Source: Prochlorococcus sp. scB241_528N17 (GTDB lineage Bacteria; Cyanobacteriota; Cyanobacteriia; PCC-6307; Cyanobiaceae). From it: 64,000 nt of DNA. The notes beneath the pieces are model-generated. The model saw only the letters and a list, made by a program, of their open reading frames with translations, was not told the origin of the DNA and searched no databases. The stretch covers positions 4,946 to 68,945 of the forward strand of contig JFLG01000084.1 in the NCBI GenBank assembly GCA_000634735.1, in the 5' to 3' direction. The position numbers and the translations under genes are program-made. Every line of letters begins with the position of its first letter. The first letter of the stretch is position 1. Of this stretch, positions 1 through 9,302 are shown one piece after another.

Positions 1-5
1 TCCCA

Positions 6-833
6 ATGAAACATATTTCTTTTTATATAATCCACAACAATTCTAAGGGTAGATCTCATCTCAGAAATCGCTTACAAAATCTTGCTAATAAATTAAATAT
101 AGATTTGATTGAAATCTATAAACAAAGAAAAAATTTAAAAATTAAATTTTCTTTGAATTATAAATTAATGATCTTGAGAATTTATTTTTTGCGAAACTTT
201 TATGATTTAAGACATAAAAAAGATTTCTCCTTTAAATTTGTTTTTTTAACTTTAAATTATTTTTTTAAGTTAACTAAATACACAATTAATATGGCTTTTA
301 AAAGTAGAAATGAGGTTATAAAAGCTTGGAAACATATGAGAATAGAATCATTAGTTACGCGGAAACATATTAGAGCATGGAGTCATTTTATAAAAAGTGA
401 AAAAGAAATATTAATCGTATTTGAAGATGATGCCATTTGTAAAAAAGATACAGAGGAAAGATTAAAAAATTTGTTAGATAAAATAAAGAATTTTAATTTA
501 GATAATATTTTCGTTGATTTAGCTGGAGGTTATAAAATAAAGGAGATAATCCCTTCTAGAAAAATAAAAAAAATAGAAGATAAATTTTTTATGGTAGAAG
601 GTATCTATACAAATACAGCTTGCAGTTATTTAATTAATCGCAACTTAATTTTAAAACTTTTTGAAGAGTATCAGAAATCAAAATTAAATAATTCTTTGCC
701 TATAGATCACCTTATAAATAAATTAGGACTAAGAATTAATAGGAGCATTAATACTTCAAGCATCCATTATTCTAAACCTTTATTTACTCATGGATCCTTT
801 GAAGGTAATATAAAGTCGTGGCAAATTAATTAA
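6..833 (+). CDS. Putative LPS glycosyltransferase, GT25-like
   Basis: 275 aa ORF. The ILIVFEDDA acidic motif and overall layout resemble family 25 LPS glycosyltransferases. It is first in a co-directional run of GT genes. Confidence 0.45.
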   Translation: MKHISFYIIHNNSKGRSHLRNRLQNLANKLNIDLIEIYKQRKNLKIKFSLNYKLMILRIYFLRNFYDLRHKKDFSFKFVFLTLNYFFKLTKYTINMAFKSRNEVIKAWKHMRIESLVTRKHIRAWSHFIKSEKEILIVFEDDAICKKDTEERLKNLLDKIKNFNLDNIFVDLAGGYKIKEIIPSRKIKKIEDKFFMVEGIYTNTACSYLINRNLILKLFEEYQKSKLNNSLPIDHLINKLGLRINRSINTSSIHYSKPLFTHGSFEGNIKSWQIN

Positions 834-852
834 TTTTTCAATTAAATGATGA

Positions 853-1836
853 ATGAATAAAAAAAATAAGTTCAAAACGCCAATTTTAATAATAGCTTGG
901 AAAAGACCAAAGCAAACTCAAGAATTAATTAATAAAGTTAAACTTATCAATCCTGAAAATTTATATATTGCTTGCGATGGCCCTAGAAAAGATAATGAGG
1001 AAGATAATACTAAAGTTAGAGATACTAGAGAGATTATTTTAAAAAGTTTTAAAAAAGTAACTTCAAAAAAATATCTATTTAGTAATAATAATCAGGGTTG
1101 TAAAATTGGAGTAACTAATGCAATAAATTGGTTTTTTGAAAATGAAAGTGAAGGAATAATTTTGGAAGATGATTGTATACCTCATTTAGATTTTTTTAGT
1201 TTTTGTCAAGAGATGCTTGAAAAATATAGAAATGATGAAAGGATCTGGTCTATTACCGGTCATAATCAACAGAATAATCTTCAAAGAGGAAGTGGAACTT
1301 ATTACTTTAGTAAATATCCAAGAAGTTGGGGTTGGGCTACATGGAAAAGATGCTGGGTAAAATATGATAGAGATATAAATGATTGGCCTAATATAAAATC
1401 AAAAGGTGTATTAAAGAATAAACTTGTATCTAGAAGAGAATTAAGATTCTGGGAAAAAATATTAGATAAAATATACTATTATAATTCCCCAAATACTTGG
1501 GACTATCAATGGTCATTAAGTGCTTTTTTGAATTCTGGATTAACAATTGTTCCAAATAGGAATCTTATACAAAATGTTGGCTTTGATGAAGATGCAACTC
1601 ATACTTTATTGGGGGAAGCAGATACATTGATTGAAATAGACATAGAGAATTGCAATAGCATTTTTCCAACTAAACATCCAGATTATTTTGTAATTAATAA
1701 GAAAGCTGATGATTTAGTTGATATTTTAGAATATTCAGGTGGAAATAAATTTTCCAAAATATATATCTTTAAAAAGATTAAAAATTTCAAATTAAGATTT
1801 TTTAAATTACTTGAAAATTTTGTAAATCTAAAATGA
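853..1836 (+). CDS. GT-A fold nucleotide-diphospho-sugar transferase (HlpA-like/GNT-I-like)
   Basis: 327 aa. Motifs PILIIAWKRP, ACDGPR and ILEDDCIP (DxD-like) are typical of this GT-A group. Confidence 0.55.
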   Translation: MNKKNKFKTPILIIAWKRPKQTQELINKVKLINPENLYIACDGPRKDNEEDNTKVRDTREIILKSFKKVTSKKYLFSNNNQGCKIGVTNAINWFFENESEGIILEDDCIPHLDFFSFCQEMLEKYRNDERIWSITGHNQQNNLQRGSGTYYFSKYPRSWGWATWKRCWVKYDRDINDWPNIKSKGVLKNKLVSRRELRFWEKILDKIYYYNSPNTWDYQWSLSAFLNSGLTIVPNRNLIQNVGFDEDATHTLLGEADTLIEIDIENCNSIFPTKHPDYFVINKKADDLVDILEYSGGNKFSKIYIFKKIKNFKLRFFKLLENFVNLK

Positions 1837-3095
1837 TTAGGATCTTACATCTCTCTTATTGTAATGGAATTACAGGTGCAGGGATTGCTGCGGGAAGAAT
1901 ACATAACTGTATTTCTGAATACGATAAATCAAGTATTAACAGCTTCTTTAGCTCAAATAACGATCGGATTCAAAATATAAAAACATTAAGAAAAAAAAAG
2001 TTATTGCCAAAATTGTATATTTTTTTTAAAAAATATTTTGAGAGAATTATTATTAAAATAATTAAATATGAAGATAATATTTTTCATTCTGTTTCAGTCT
2101 TTCCATCTCTAAAGCATCATGAAATAAATAAACTAGATATTGATATTGTTCATATTCATTGGGTACAACATGAAACAATCTCTATTGAAGAAATAGGGAA
2201 AATAAAGTTTCCCATAGTTTGGACACTTCATGATTGTTGGCCTTTCAGTAGTACTGAGCATTATCAAAAAGATAAATTTGATGAAAGATATATGAATGGA
2301 TATAAAATAAAAAATAGATTTAATTTTTCTGAATATATCGATAAAATATGTTTTCTTAGAAAAAAATTTAGTTGGAAAAATAATATTTATTTAATAGCTC
2401 CTAGTAAATGGATCGCCAATTGTGCTTTAAGATCATCCTTAATGAAGAGTAAAAAAATAGAAATCATTCCAAACCCCATAGATACTGAAATATTTAAACC
2501 AATAAACAAAAATAATGCCAGAAAATCTTTAAAAATTAATAAAAACAAAAAAGTTATTTTGTTTGGGAGTATTGATGGAGGGATAGATCCAAGAAAAGGA
2601 GCAGATCTTCTTAAAAATGTTTTAGATATTTTAAAAATTACAAAAACAGATTTTCAACTAGTTATTTTTGGAAAAAAAAGTAAAAATCAAAATATATTTA
2701 ATAATAATTTTTTTGAAATTATACAAATGGGAAAAATAAACTCAAATTATAAAATGGCTACACTATACTCTGCAGCAGATATATTTGTTATTCCATCTAG
2801 AATCGAATCATTTGGCCAAACCGCCTCGGAAGCCCAAAGTTGTGGGACACCAGTGATTGGATTTGATATTGGTGGATTGAAAGACATTGTTGTTAATAAA
2901 GAAAGTGGTTTATTAATTGAGCCATACAATTGCGAGAAAATGGCTAAAGGCATAGAAAATATTTTAAGTGATGGAAATAAAATTTCTAAATTTTCTGAAG
3001 CATCTAGAGCTAATGCTTTGAAGAATTTTAATTATAAAAAAGTAGCAAAGTCACATATAGATTTTTATAAAGATATCCTAAATTATGGCAAATAA
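1833..3095 (+). CDS. Glycosyltransferase family 4 (GT-B)
   Basis: 420 aa. C-terminal IPSRIESFGQTASEAQSCGTPVIGFDIGGLKD is an EX7E signature. Its start overlaps the upstream stop by 4 nt, suggesting an operon. Confidence 0.8.
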   Translation: MIRILHLSYCNGITGAGIAAGRIHNCISEYDKSSINSFFSSNNDRIQNIKTLRKKKLLPKLYIFFKKYFERIIIKIIKYEDNIFHSVSVFPSLKHHEINKLDIDIVHIHWVQHETISIEEIGKIKFPIVWTLHDCWPFSSTEHYQKDKFDERYMNGYKIKNRFNFSEYIDKICFLRKKFSWKNNIYLIAPSKWIANCALRSSLMKSKKIEIIPNPIDTEIFKPINKNNARKSLKINKNKKVILFGSIDGGIDPRKGADLLKNVLDILKITKTDFQLVIFGKKSKNQNIFNNNFFEIIQMGKINSNYKMATLYSAADIFVIPSRIESFGQTASEAQSCGTPVIGFDIGGLKDIVVNKESGLLIEPYNCEKMAKGIENILSDGNKISKFSEASRANALKNFNYKKVAKSHIDFYKDILNYGK

Positions 3096-3816
3096 TAAAT
3101 TAATTTCTTATCTAACTATAATAACTCCTTTTAAAGATATAAGTATTGAAAAGTTATATCAAACAATTAACTACTTATATAAACAAAATTTAAAAATAAT
3201 AATTAGACACTTAATTTTATATGATATTTCTTGTCCTGATTTATCTGAAATAAAAGATTTTTTTATTAATAAAAATAAGTATTTTATTGAATTCATTCGA
3301 ACTGACAAAAAAGGTATATATAACTCAATCAATGAAGGTCTAAAATATTTAAAAGATAATGATTACTACATTGTATTAGGTGCGGGAGATCTTATTTTTT
3401 TAGAAAATATAAACAAATTAAAAATTAAAAAATTATTATTTTGTAAATACAAATTATCAAATAAGCAAAAACAATTTACGGAATGCAGAAATCTATATTC
3501 TGGAATGCCATATTGTCATAATGCAATCATATTTAAAAATAACAAACTTCTTTACAGTAATGATTACTCTATCTCTAGTGATTATGATTATTTTATTAAG
3601 TTTATTAGAATGGAGGACGTAAATATTTTTGATAGAACAAATTATAATGAAAAAATAAATATAGTATTTGAATCAGAAGAAGGTATAAGTTCAAAATCCT
3701 TCATAAAAAAAAATTTACAAAATTTGTCAATTTTAAATAAGAACTTTGGTATCAAATATATATTTATTTATATAATTATAAATATTAGAAAGTTAATAAA
3801 AATAATATATGAATAG
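3085..3816 (+). CDS. Putative glycosyltransferase family 2-like
   Basis: 243 aa. N-terminal LTIITPFKD and later GAGD resemble a small GT-A protein. The start overlaps the upstream gene. Motifs are weak. Confidence 0.35.
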   Translation: MANNKLISYLTIITPFKDISIEKLYQTINYLYKQNLKIIIRHLILYDISCPDLSEIKDFFINKNKYFIEFIRTDKKGIYNSINEGLKYLKDNDYYIVLGAGDLIFLENINKLKIKKLLFCKYKLSNKQKQFTECRNLYSGMPYCHNAIIFKNNKLLYSNDYSISSDYDYFIKFIRMEDVNIFDRTNYNEKINIVFESEEGISSKSFIKKNLQNLSILNKNFGIKYIFIYIIINIRKLIKIIYE

Positions 3817-4621
3817 TAATAGTACTGATATTGTTATCCCCTTATGGGAAGGCACATCAGAAGAAGAAATTAATATTTCAATTTCTTCATTGAAGAAAGA
3901 AATAGAATTAATAAATAATGTGATAATAGTATGTGATGGAGAAAATTCATTTTTCAAGAAACTAAAAGAAAATAAAAAGATAAACCATAAAATTTTAATC
4001 ATTTATATTAAGAAAAATATGGGCCCTGGTATCGCAAGAAATATTGGTGCAATTTTTTCACAAGCTGATAACTTATTGTTTTTAGATGCTGGAGATATTT
4101 GTATGAATAACAGAATAGACTCTCAAATAAATGCTTTAAAAAATAATTATGTTTCTATAGGAGCCATAAATGAAAGAAATTCAATTGGAATAAATCGACT
4201 AAAGTTTTCTTGCAAAAACTTTAATAGAGCAAAAGGTTTTTTGCCTTATAAAAATCCTTTTAATAATGTTACTATAGGTATTAAAAGAAATTTTTTTAAT
4301 TCAATTGGTGGTTATGGAGAAACAAGAGTTGGTGAAGATTGGATATTAAGTGGAAAAATTTTGAAAGAAACTAATAAAATTGATTTTAAAAATGAAGTTT
4401 TAGTTTTGGTAAATATAAAAGAAGACTTTTTTTCGAGAAGAGAGGGAAAATTAGTTTACAGAGAAATCAAAAAAAGCCTTGAGAAACTATATGATTTAGA
4501 AATAATAAATTTTTATCAACTTATAATATCTAAAGCCATTCAGAAAGTTTCAAGAGTTTATTTGTCTTGGGTATTTTTGAAATTTATTTATAAGTTCAAT
4601 AGAAAGCAATTCAAGCTTTGA
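3809..4621 (+). CDS. Glycosyltransferase family 2
   Basis: 270 aa. Motifs DIVIPLWEG, VIIVCDGENS, GPGIARNIGA and LLFLDAGD (DxD) are typical of GT2. Confidence 0.65.
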   Translation: MNSNSTDIVIPLWEGTSEEEINISISSLKKEIELINNVIIVCDGENSFFKKLKENKKINHKILIIYIKKNMGPGIARNIGAIFSQADNLLFLDAGDICMNNRIDSQINALKNNYVSIGAINERNSIGINRLKFSCKNFNRAKGFLPYKNPFNNVTIGIKRNFFNSIGGYGETRVGEDWILSGKILKETNKIDFKNEVLVLVNIKEDFFSRREGKLVYREIKKSLEKLYDLEIINFYQLIISKAIQKVSRVYLSWVFLKFIYKFNRKQFKL

Positions 4622-5534
4622 AAGGCATTGCATATTTTTTTTCTAAATAAATTCCAAAAATGAATAATAAAATTACTAAAGTAGACATAATAATTAAATT
4701 ATTGAAATGAGATAAAAGCAATAAAAGAAAAGTAGAAAAAGTATAAATTAATGTAACTTTAGAATGTTTCATCCCATTTCTTTGAAGTCTTTGATATAAA
4801 TGCTTATTATGAGCGGAGAAAATATTTTCACGATTTAAAAGTCTTCTAAGAATACATGTAATACTATCCATTAATAATGGAGAAGCAGTTAAAAAAATAC
4901 TTAAAGAAGAATTTAAATTTTTATTTATAAAAATCATAAAAAATAAAATTATTCCTAAAAATGTACTTCCAGAATCACCCATAAATAGTTTTGCAGGACA
5001 CCAATTATAAAATAGGAAAACAAATAAACAGATTGTTATTCCTAAAAAATCCCTATTATTAACAAAAGCATAATTCAAAAATATAAGAGACATATTACTA
5101 GCTACCAATCCATCAATACCATCCATAAAGTTTATACAATTGACCAACAACAAGCCTAGAAATAAGCTTATTAAAAAGGTAATACTGCTAGATAAATGAA
5201 TTAAATTAAAAATAGAAAAATTGAAGTAAGAGAAATAAATAATAGATATATTCAAAGATTGAAAAATTAATCTATAAAGCTGATTTATATTAATTACATC
5301 ATCAAAAAAACCTAATATTCCAATAGGTAATAAAATTAATAATTTATAATTTCCAGTAAGTAATATATTTATAAAGTGAATTAATAAGAATACTAATCCT
5401 CCACTAGTAGGAGTAACCTTATTATGAGAACTTCGGAAACTAGGCTTATCAAGAACAAGTATTGAAAAATATTTCTGAAAAATTTTAAAAATAATCGTCG
5501 ATAAAAAAATGTATAAAAAAATTTCTTTTACCAC
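4611..5534 (-). CDS. Polyprenyl-phosphate HexNAc-1-phosphate transferase (WecA/MraY family)
   Basis: 307 aa polytopic membrane protein. Motifs GFFDDVINI, NFMDGIDGL and MGDSGSTFLG are characteristic of the MraY/WecA family. Confidence 0.8.
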   Translation of the reverse strand: MVKEIFLYIFLSTIIFKIFQKYFSILVLDKPSFRSSHNKVTPTSGGLVFLLIHFINILLTGNYKLLILLPIGILGFFDDVININQLYRLIFQSLNISIIYFSYFNFSIFNLIHLSSSITFLISLFLGLLLVNCINFMDGIDGLVASNMSLIFLNYAFVNNRDFLGITICLFVFLFYNWCPAKLFMGDSGSTFLGIILFFMIFINKNLNSSLSIFLTASPLLMDSITCILRRLLNRENIFSAHNKHLYQRLQRNGMKHSKVTLIYTFSTFLLLLLSHFNNLIIMSTLVILLFIFGIYLEKKYAMPFKA

Positions 5535-5699
5535 TAGAAATTAGTATATTTAATAAACTCCATTATAGTAAATCCTAAAATTAAATTTTAAAAGCTAATT
5601 TTGAAAATGATTATCTAAATAAATTACATTTAATTAAAACTCGCTTTAAAAACTAAATAGATTAGTTAATTTTAAATTGATTTGATAAGTTAATAAATC

Positions 5700-6593
5700 G
5701 TGTATAAAGATGCATGGTATTTTGTTTACCATCATAATTCAGAATATGAATGGAGCTTGCCAAGAGGATTTGCTGAAGAGCTTGAGAATCAAGAAATAAA
5801 AGTCATAAGAAATGAATGTAGTGATCCCAATTTATTTAGATTACCATCAGCAAAAGAAATTGAGAATGAAAATATTAAGGTTGTCCTTATTTTCTATGCA
5901 GGTTACAATTTTCAACTAAACAATAATTTGATTAGGTTTAAAAAGGAATTTCCTCAAGTTATTCTTATAAATGAGCTAGGGGATGAGCCTCAAACTAGAA
6001 AGCTAAATTATATTAGAGCAGCTATCTCAGATATTTCTCTTACTCCTGATTATGAATGTTATAAATATTGGAAGGGAAAAGATTTTAATTGTTATTGGTT
6101 TACCCACTGGGCTGATAGCAAAATTTTCTATTTAAAGAATAAAGGGAAGCGCAAAATTTTTATGGGTACATCTATGGGCAATAGAAGTTATTCAATAATT
6201 TTAAAATTATTACTTGGTAAATTTTTTATAAATAAGAACCTTAAAGATTATGAGAATACCTTTTTTTATAATGAAACGCAGATTTGTTTTCAATATGCAA
6301 GGTGGTCAGAAATAACTAGAAGAATATTTGAGGCGGGTGCATGTGGATGTTGCATATTAACAAATAAGATTCCAGAAGAAAAAATGTTGGGCCAAATATT
6401 TACTCACAATGAAAGCATTATTTTTTATACAAATATTTTCTCATTAATAAAACAATTATTTTTAATAATAAAAGATAAAAAAAAGATTAAAAGAATCTCG
6501 CAACATTCTTATCACATTATTAAAAAAAGCCATACAGTGGAGAAAAGAGTTGAAAGATTAATTTATTTAGTTGATAATTACCAATCAAAATGA
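5700..6593 (+). CDS. Putative CgeB-like glycosyltransferase domain protein
   Basis: 297 aa with a GTG start in the ORF track. C-terminal RIFEAGACGCCILTNK resembles CgeB/DUF3880-type GT-B C-terminal domains. Evidence is weak. Confidence 0.35.
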   Translation: MYKDAWYFVYHHNSEYEWSLPRGFAEELENQEIKVIRNECSDPNLFRLPSAKEIENENIKVVLIFYAGYNFQLNNNLIRFKKEFPQVILINELGDEPQTRKLNYIRAAISDISLTPDYECYKYWKGKDFNCYWFTHWADSKIFYLKNKGKRKIFMGTSMGNRSYSIILKLLLGKFFINKNLKDYENTFFYNETQICFQYARWSEITRRIFEAGACGCCILTNKIPEEKMLGQIFTHNESIIFYTNIFSLIKQLFLIIKDKKKIKRISQHSYHIIKKSHTVEKRVERLIYLVDNYQSK

Positions 6594-6619
6594 TGTGAAA
6601 GAAATCTTATAATTTAAAA

Positions 6620-7861
6620 ATGAGAATACTGATTTATCTTGAACAGTCAAAAATTCTTGGAGAAATGGTAAACCAATTTCAAGTTAATCCAGGAGTAGGC
6701 GGCACAACTTTCACTTCTGCACGACTAGCTATCGAAATACAAAAAGAATCTGATAAAAATAATCTTAATTTGCAGATTACTTTATTCACAAAAAATCCCA
6801 TAAAAGATAATTTTTTTAATCTCAAAGTTATAAGCGAGAAAGAAGCATTTAAAGAAACTTGGGATATTGCATTACTAACAGGAAATATAATTGAGAAAAT
6901 ATATAAAAAAAAAATAATAATAAATTCCAAAAGGACCTTGATTTGGACTAGGCATCCATTTGATAAAAATATTGTAAAGGTTGCCAAAGATTTAAAGTTT
7001 GAACTTGTATCAGTAGGAAAAAATCAATACTTATCTAATTATTTATTAATTGGACCTCATAATCACATTGATAATTTATTTTGTGCACAAAGGATTAGAA
7101 AAGCGGCATTCAATAATGAAAATGAATTATCTATTCAAACTAAAAGAGATAAAAATAAACTTCGTATTGGATATATGGGAGCACTAGTACCAAGTAAGGG
7201 ATTCCATTTAATTGCAGAGAATTGGCATTTTATTTCATCATCTTTGCAAAAAATAGGCCTAACAGCCATTTTGGAAGTTATTGGGGGATCTGATTTATAT
7301 GATTTTGAGAAAGGTCACAAATATATCCCTTGTGATCAAGAATATGGCAATAAAATATATCCTCATATCAGAAATGAAATAAATAAAACAATCTTCTTTC
7401 ACGGCACACTAAACTCAGAGAGATATCAAATCATGAAAGGATGTGACATTGCTTTATTTAATCCAAGAGGTCATGGTGAAGCCTTTCCAGCTTCAATTCT
7501 TGAATGGATGTCTCTTTCAATTCCAGTTATAAGTTGTCTGGAATATGGTTGTGCAGATGTAATGACTTATAATAAATTGCTAACAATTAATAATGAAAAA
7601 GAAATAGCTAATAAATTACTCGAATTTTCAATTCTCAAGGAAAAAGAAAAAATGGAATTAAAAAAATTAAGTTTTACAATATCAAATTATTTCTCATCAA
7701 AACAATCCCATATCATATATCAATGGATTTTATTGTTTACTCAGAAAAATAAAATAATTAATGAATATCTGGGAAAAGAGATAGTTCAAAAAACAATTCT
7801 TAATAGATTTAAGATTTTATTCAAGAGTAACATTTATAAATTGATTTCACTTTTTAAATAA
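6620..7861 (+). CDS. Glycosyltransferase family 4 (GT-B)
   Basis: 413 aa. GHGEAFPASILEWMSLSIPVIS is an EX7E-type motif. The upstream RIGYMGALVPSKG is typical of where the GT4 C-terminal domain begins. Confidence 0.65.
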   Translation: MRILIYLEQSKILGEMVNQFQVNPGVGGTTFTSARLAIEIQKESDKNNLNLQITLFTKNPIKDNFFNLKVISEKEAFKETWDIALLTGNIIEKIYKKKIIINSKRTLIWTRHPFDKNIVKVAKDLKFELVSVGKNQYLSNYLLIGPHNHIDNLFCAQRIRKAAFNNENELSIQTKRDKNKLRIGYMGALVPSKGFHLIAENWHFISSSLQKIGLTAILEVIGGSDLYDFEKGHKYIPCDQEYGNKIYPHIRNEINKTIFFHGTLNSERYQIMKGCDIALFNPRGHGEAFPASILEWMSLSIPVISCLEYGCADVMTYNKLLTINNEKEIANKLLEFSILKEKEKMELKKLSFTISNYFSSKQSHIIYQWILLFTQKNKIINEYLGKEIVQKTILNRFKILFKSNIYKLISLFK

Positions 7862-7862
7862 G

Positions 7863-9302
7863 ATGTGCGGTTTTATAACGACAATATCAAAAAAAGAAAT
7901 CTCTAGATCGGAGATTTTAAAAGCAAATGAATACATTTCTAGTAGAGGGCCTGATCAAACAAATAGATTAAGTTTTGAAAAAGATGGATATTTTTATGAT
8001 TCAATACATAATCTTTTAGATATTTCAAACTCTTTTATATCTCAGCCTATTTTTTCAGATTTAAAGAATTTGTTATTATTTAATGGTGAAATATATTATC
8101 CAAAAAACAACAAACCTGATACTTTAAATTTATATGATGAGCAAATAAATAACAACTTATCAAATTATTTAAGAAATGCTAGAGGTGAATACGCCATTTG
8201 TACCATTAATATAGAAAAAAAATTAATTACAATTTACACAGATTTAATAGGGACCAAACCCGTTTACTTTGGTATTAGGAATGACTCAATTTGCATATCA
8301 TCCTATAAGTCTGCAATATCTCATTTGCTTTATGATGAAATTAAAGAAGTTCCTCCTAATAAAAAAATTGAAATTAAATATATTAATTTAGAAAATCCAG
8401 AAATTAGTTATGAAGATTTTTTTAATCTCAATCTTAAGCAATTCAAATCAACATATGATTCATGGATTGAAGCCTTTAAAATAAGCGTAAAGGAAAGATC
8501 TGTTCATTTTAAATCTAAAATTTGCGTCCCCTTATCATCCGGTTACGATTCAGGAGCAATATGTTGCGTACTAAATAAATTACGAATTCCATACTCAACT
8601 GTTACTGTTGGTAATTCTGAAAGCAAGGCTATTTTAAAAAAAAGAATATCGATTAATAAAAAATTTTCTTGTATTAAACATTATCAAATCCCCCCACTTA
8701 CAAAAAAAGAATCAGCAAAAGTTTCATTATTTTTAAAAGAAAAGTTAGGTAAAATAAAATATGATCATAAAGATAAAGAACAAAAAGAATCAATAATGTT
8801 GCATGAAGACGGCGGAGCTTTAGGTTTAGCAGTTCTATGTAAAAAGATGTCAAGGGAAGGATTAAATGTCATAATCTCAGGTGGAGGAGCAGATGAAATA
8901 ATTTCTGATTATGGATTTAATGGTAAAAAGATTTATTCACATTCTGAATTTGGCGGTAAATTTCCAAAAAATCTAGAAACAATTTTTCCTTGGAAGAAAT
9001 TCTATGGTGATACTCAAAGGAGTTATTTAAAAAAGGACGAGATGGTTGCTGGTTTATATGGAATAGAAGGAAGATATCCTTTTTTAGATTTAAATGTTAT
9101 TCAGGAGTTTCTTAATTTAAAATCTGAATTAAAAAATGAAAAATATAAATCCTGCATTTCAGAGTTTTTAGAACGAGAAAACTACCCCTTTGAAAGAAAT
9201 TCCAAAGAAGGATTTAACCCAATGAAGTCTAATCTAAGTATTTTGAGAAAATTATACATTAAGTCAAAAAAATTATTAGAGAGCATGTCGCTTATAAATT
9301 GA
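7863..9302 (+). CDS. Asparagine synthase (glutamine-hydrolysing)-like amidotransferase
   Basis: 479 aa. It starts MCGF, the Ntn catalytic Cys2 of class II amidotransferases. Central PLSSGYDSGAI is a PP-loop-like ATP pyrophosphatase motif. Confidence 0.7.
   Translation: MCGFITTISKKEISRSEILKANEYISSRGPDQTNRLSFEKDGYFYDSIHNLLDISNSFISQPIFSDLKNLLLFNGEIYYPKNNKPDTLNLYDEQINNNLSNYLRNARGEYAICTINIEKKLITIYTDLIGTKPVYFGIRNDSICISSYKSAISHLLYDEIKEVPPNKKIEIKYINLENPEISYEDFFNLNLKQFKSTYDSWIEAFKISVKERSVHFKSKICVPLSSGYDSGAICCVLNKLRIPYSTVTVGNSESKAILKKRISINKKFSCIKHYQIPPLTKKESAKVSLFLKEKLGKIKYDHKDKEQKESIMLHEDGGALGLAVLCKKMSREGLNVIISGGGADEIISDYGFNGKKIYSHSEFGGKFPKNLETIFPWKKFYGDTQRSYLKKDEMVAGLYGIEGRYPFLDLNVIQEFLNLKSELKNEKYKSCISEFLERENYPFERNSKEGFNPMKSNLSILRKLYIKSKKLLESMSLIN

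Noticed and set aside
2747-2953. Short antisense or alternative-frame ORFs inside well-supported genes. Examples: 2747-2953, 3793-4002, 6679-6987, 9523-11031 set, 16467-16661, 16633-16914, 21025-21300, 24723-24938, 25389-25640, 27974-28201, 28392-28616, 29256-29510, 30494-30688, 31401-31673, 33033-33215, 34414-34716, 44003-44224, 44487-44714, 45876-46106, 48737-48943, 50093-50368, 54127-54351, 59148-59336, 59820-60026, 62704-62934, 63471-63653
   Set aside because: Each is 60-130 codons and nested in or overlapping a longer ORF with clear family motifs on the other strand or frame. None shows a recognisable motif. Random open frames of this length are expected in AT-rich DNA on the antisense of Lys/Asn/Ile-rich genes.
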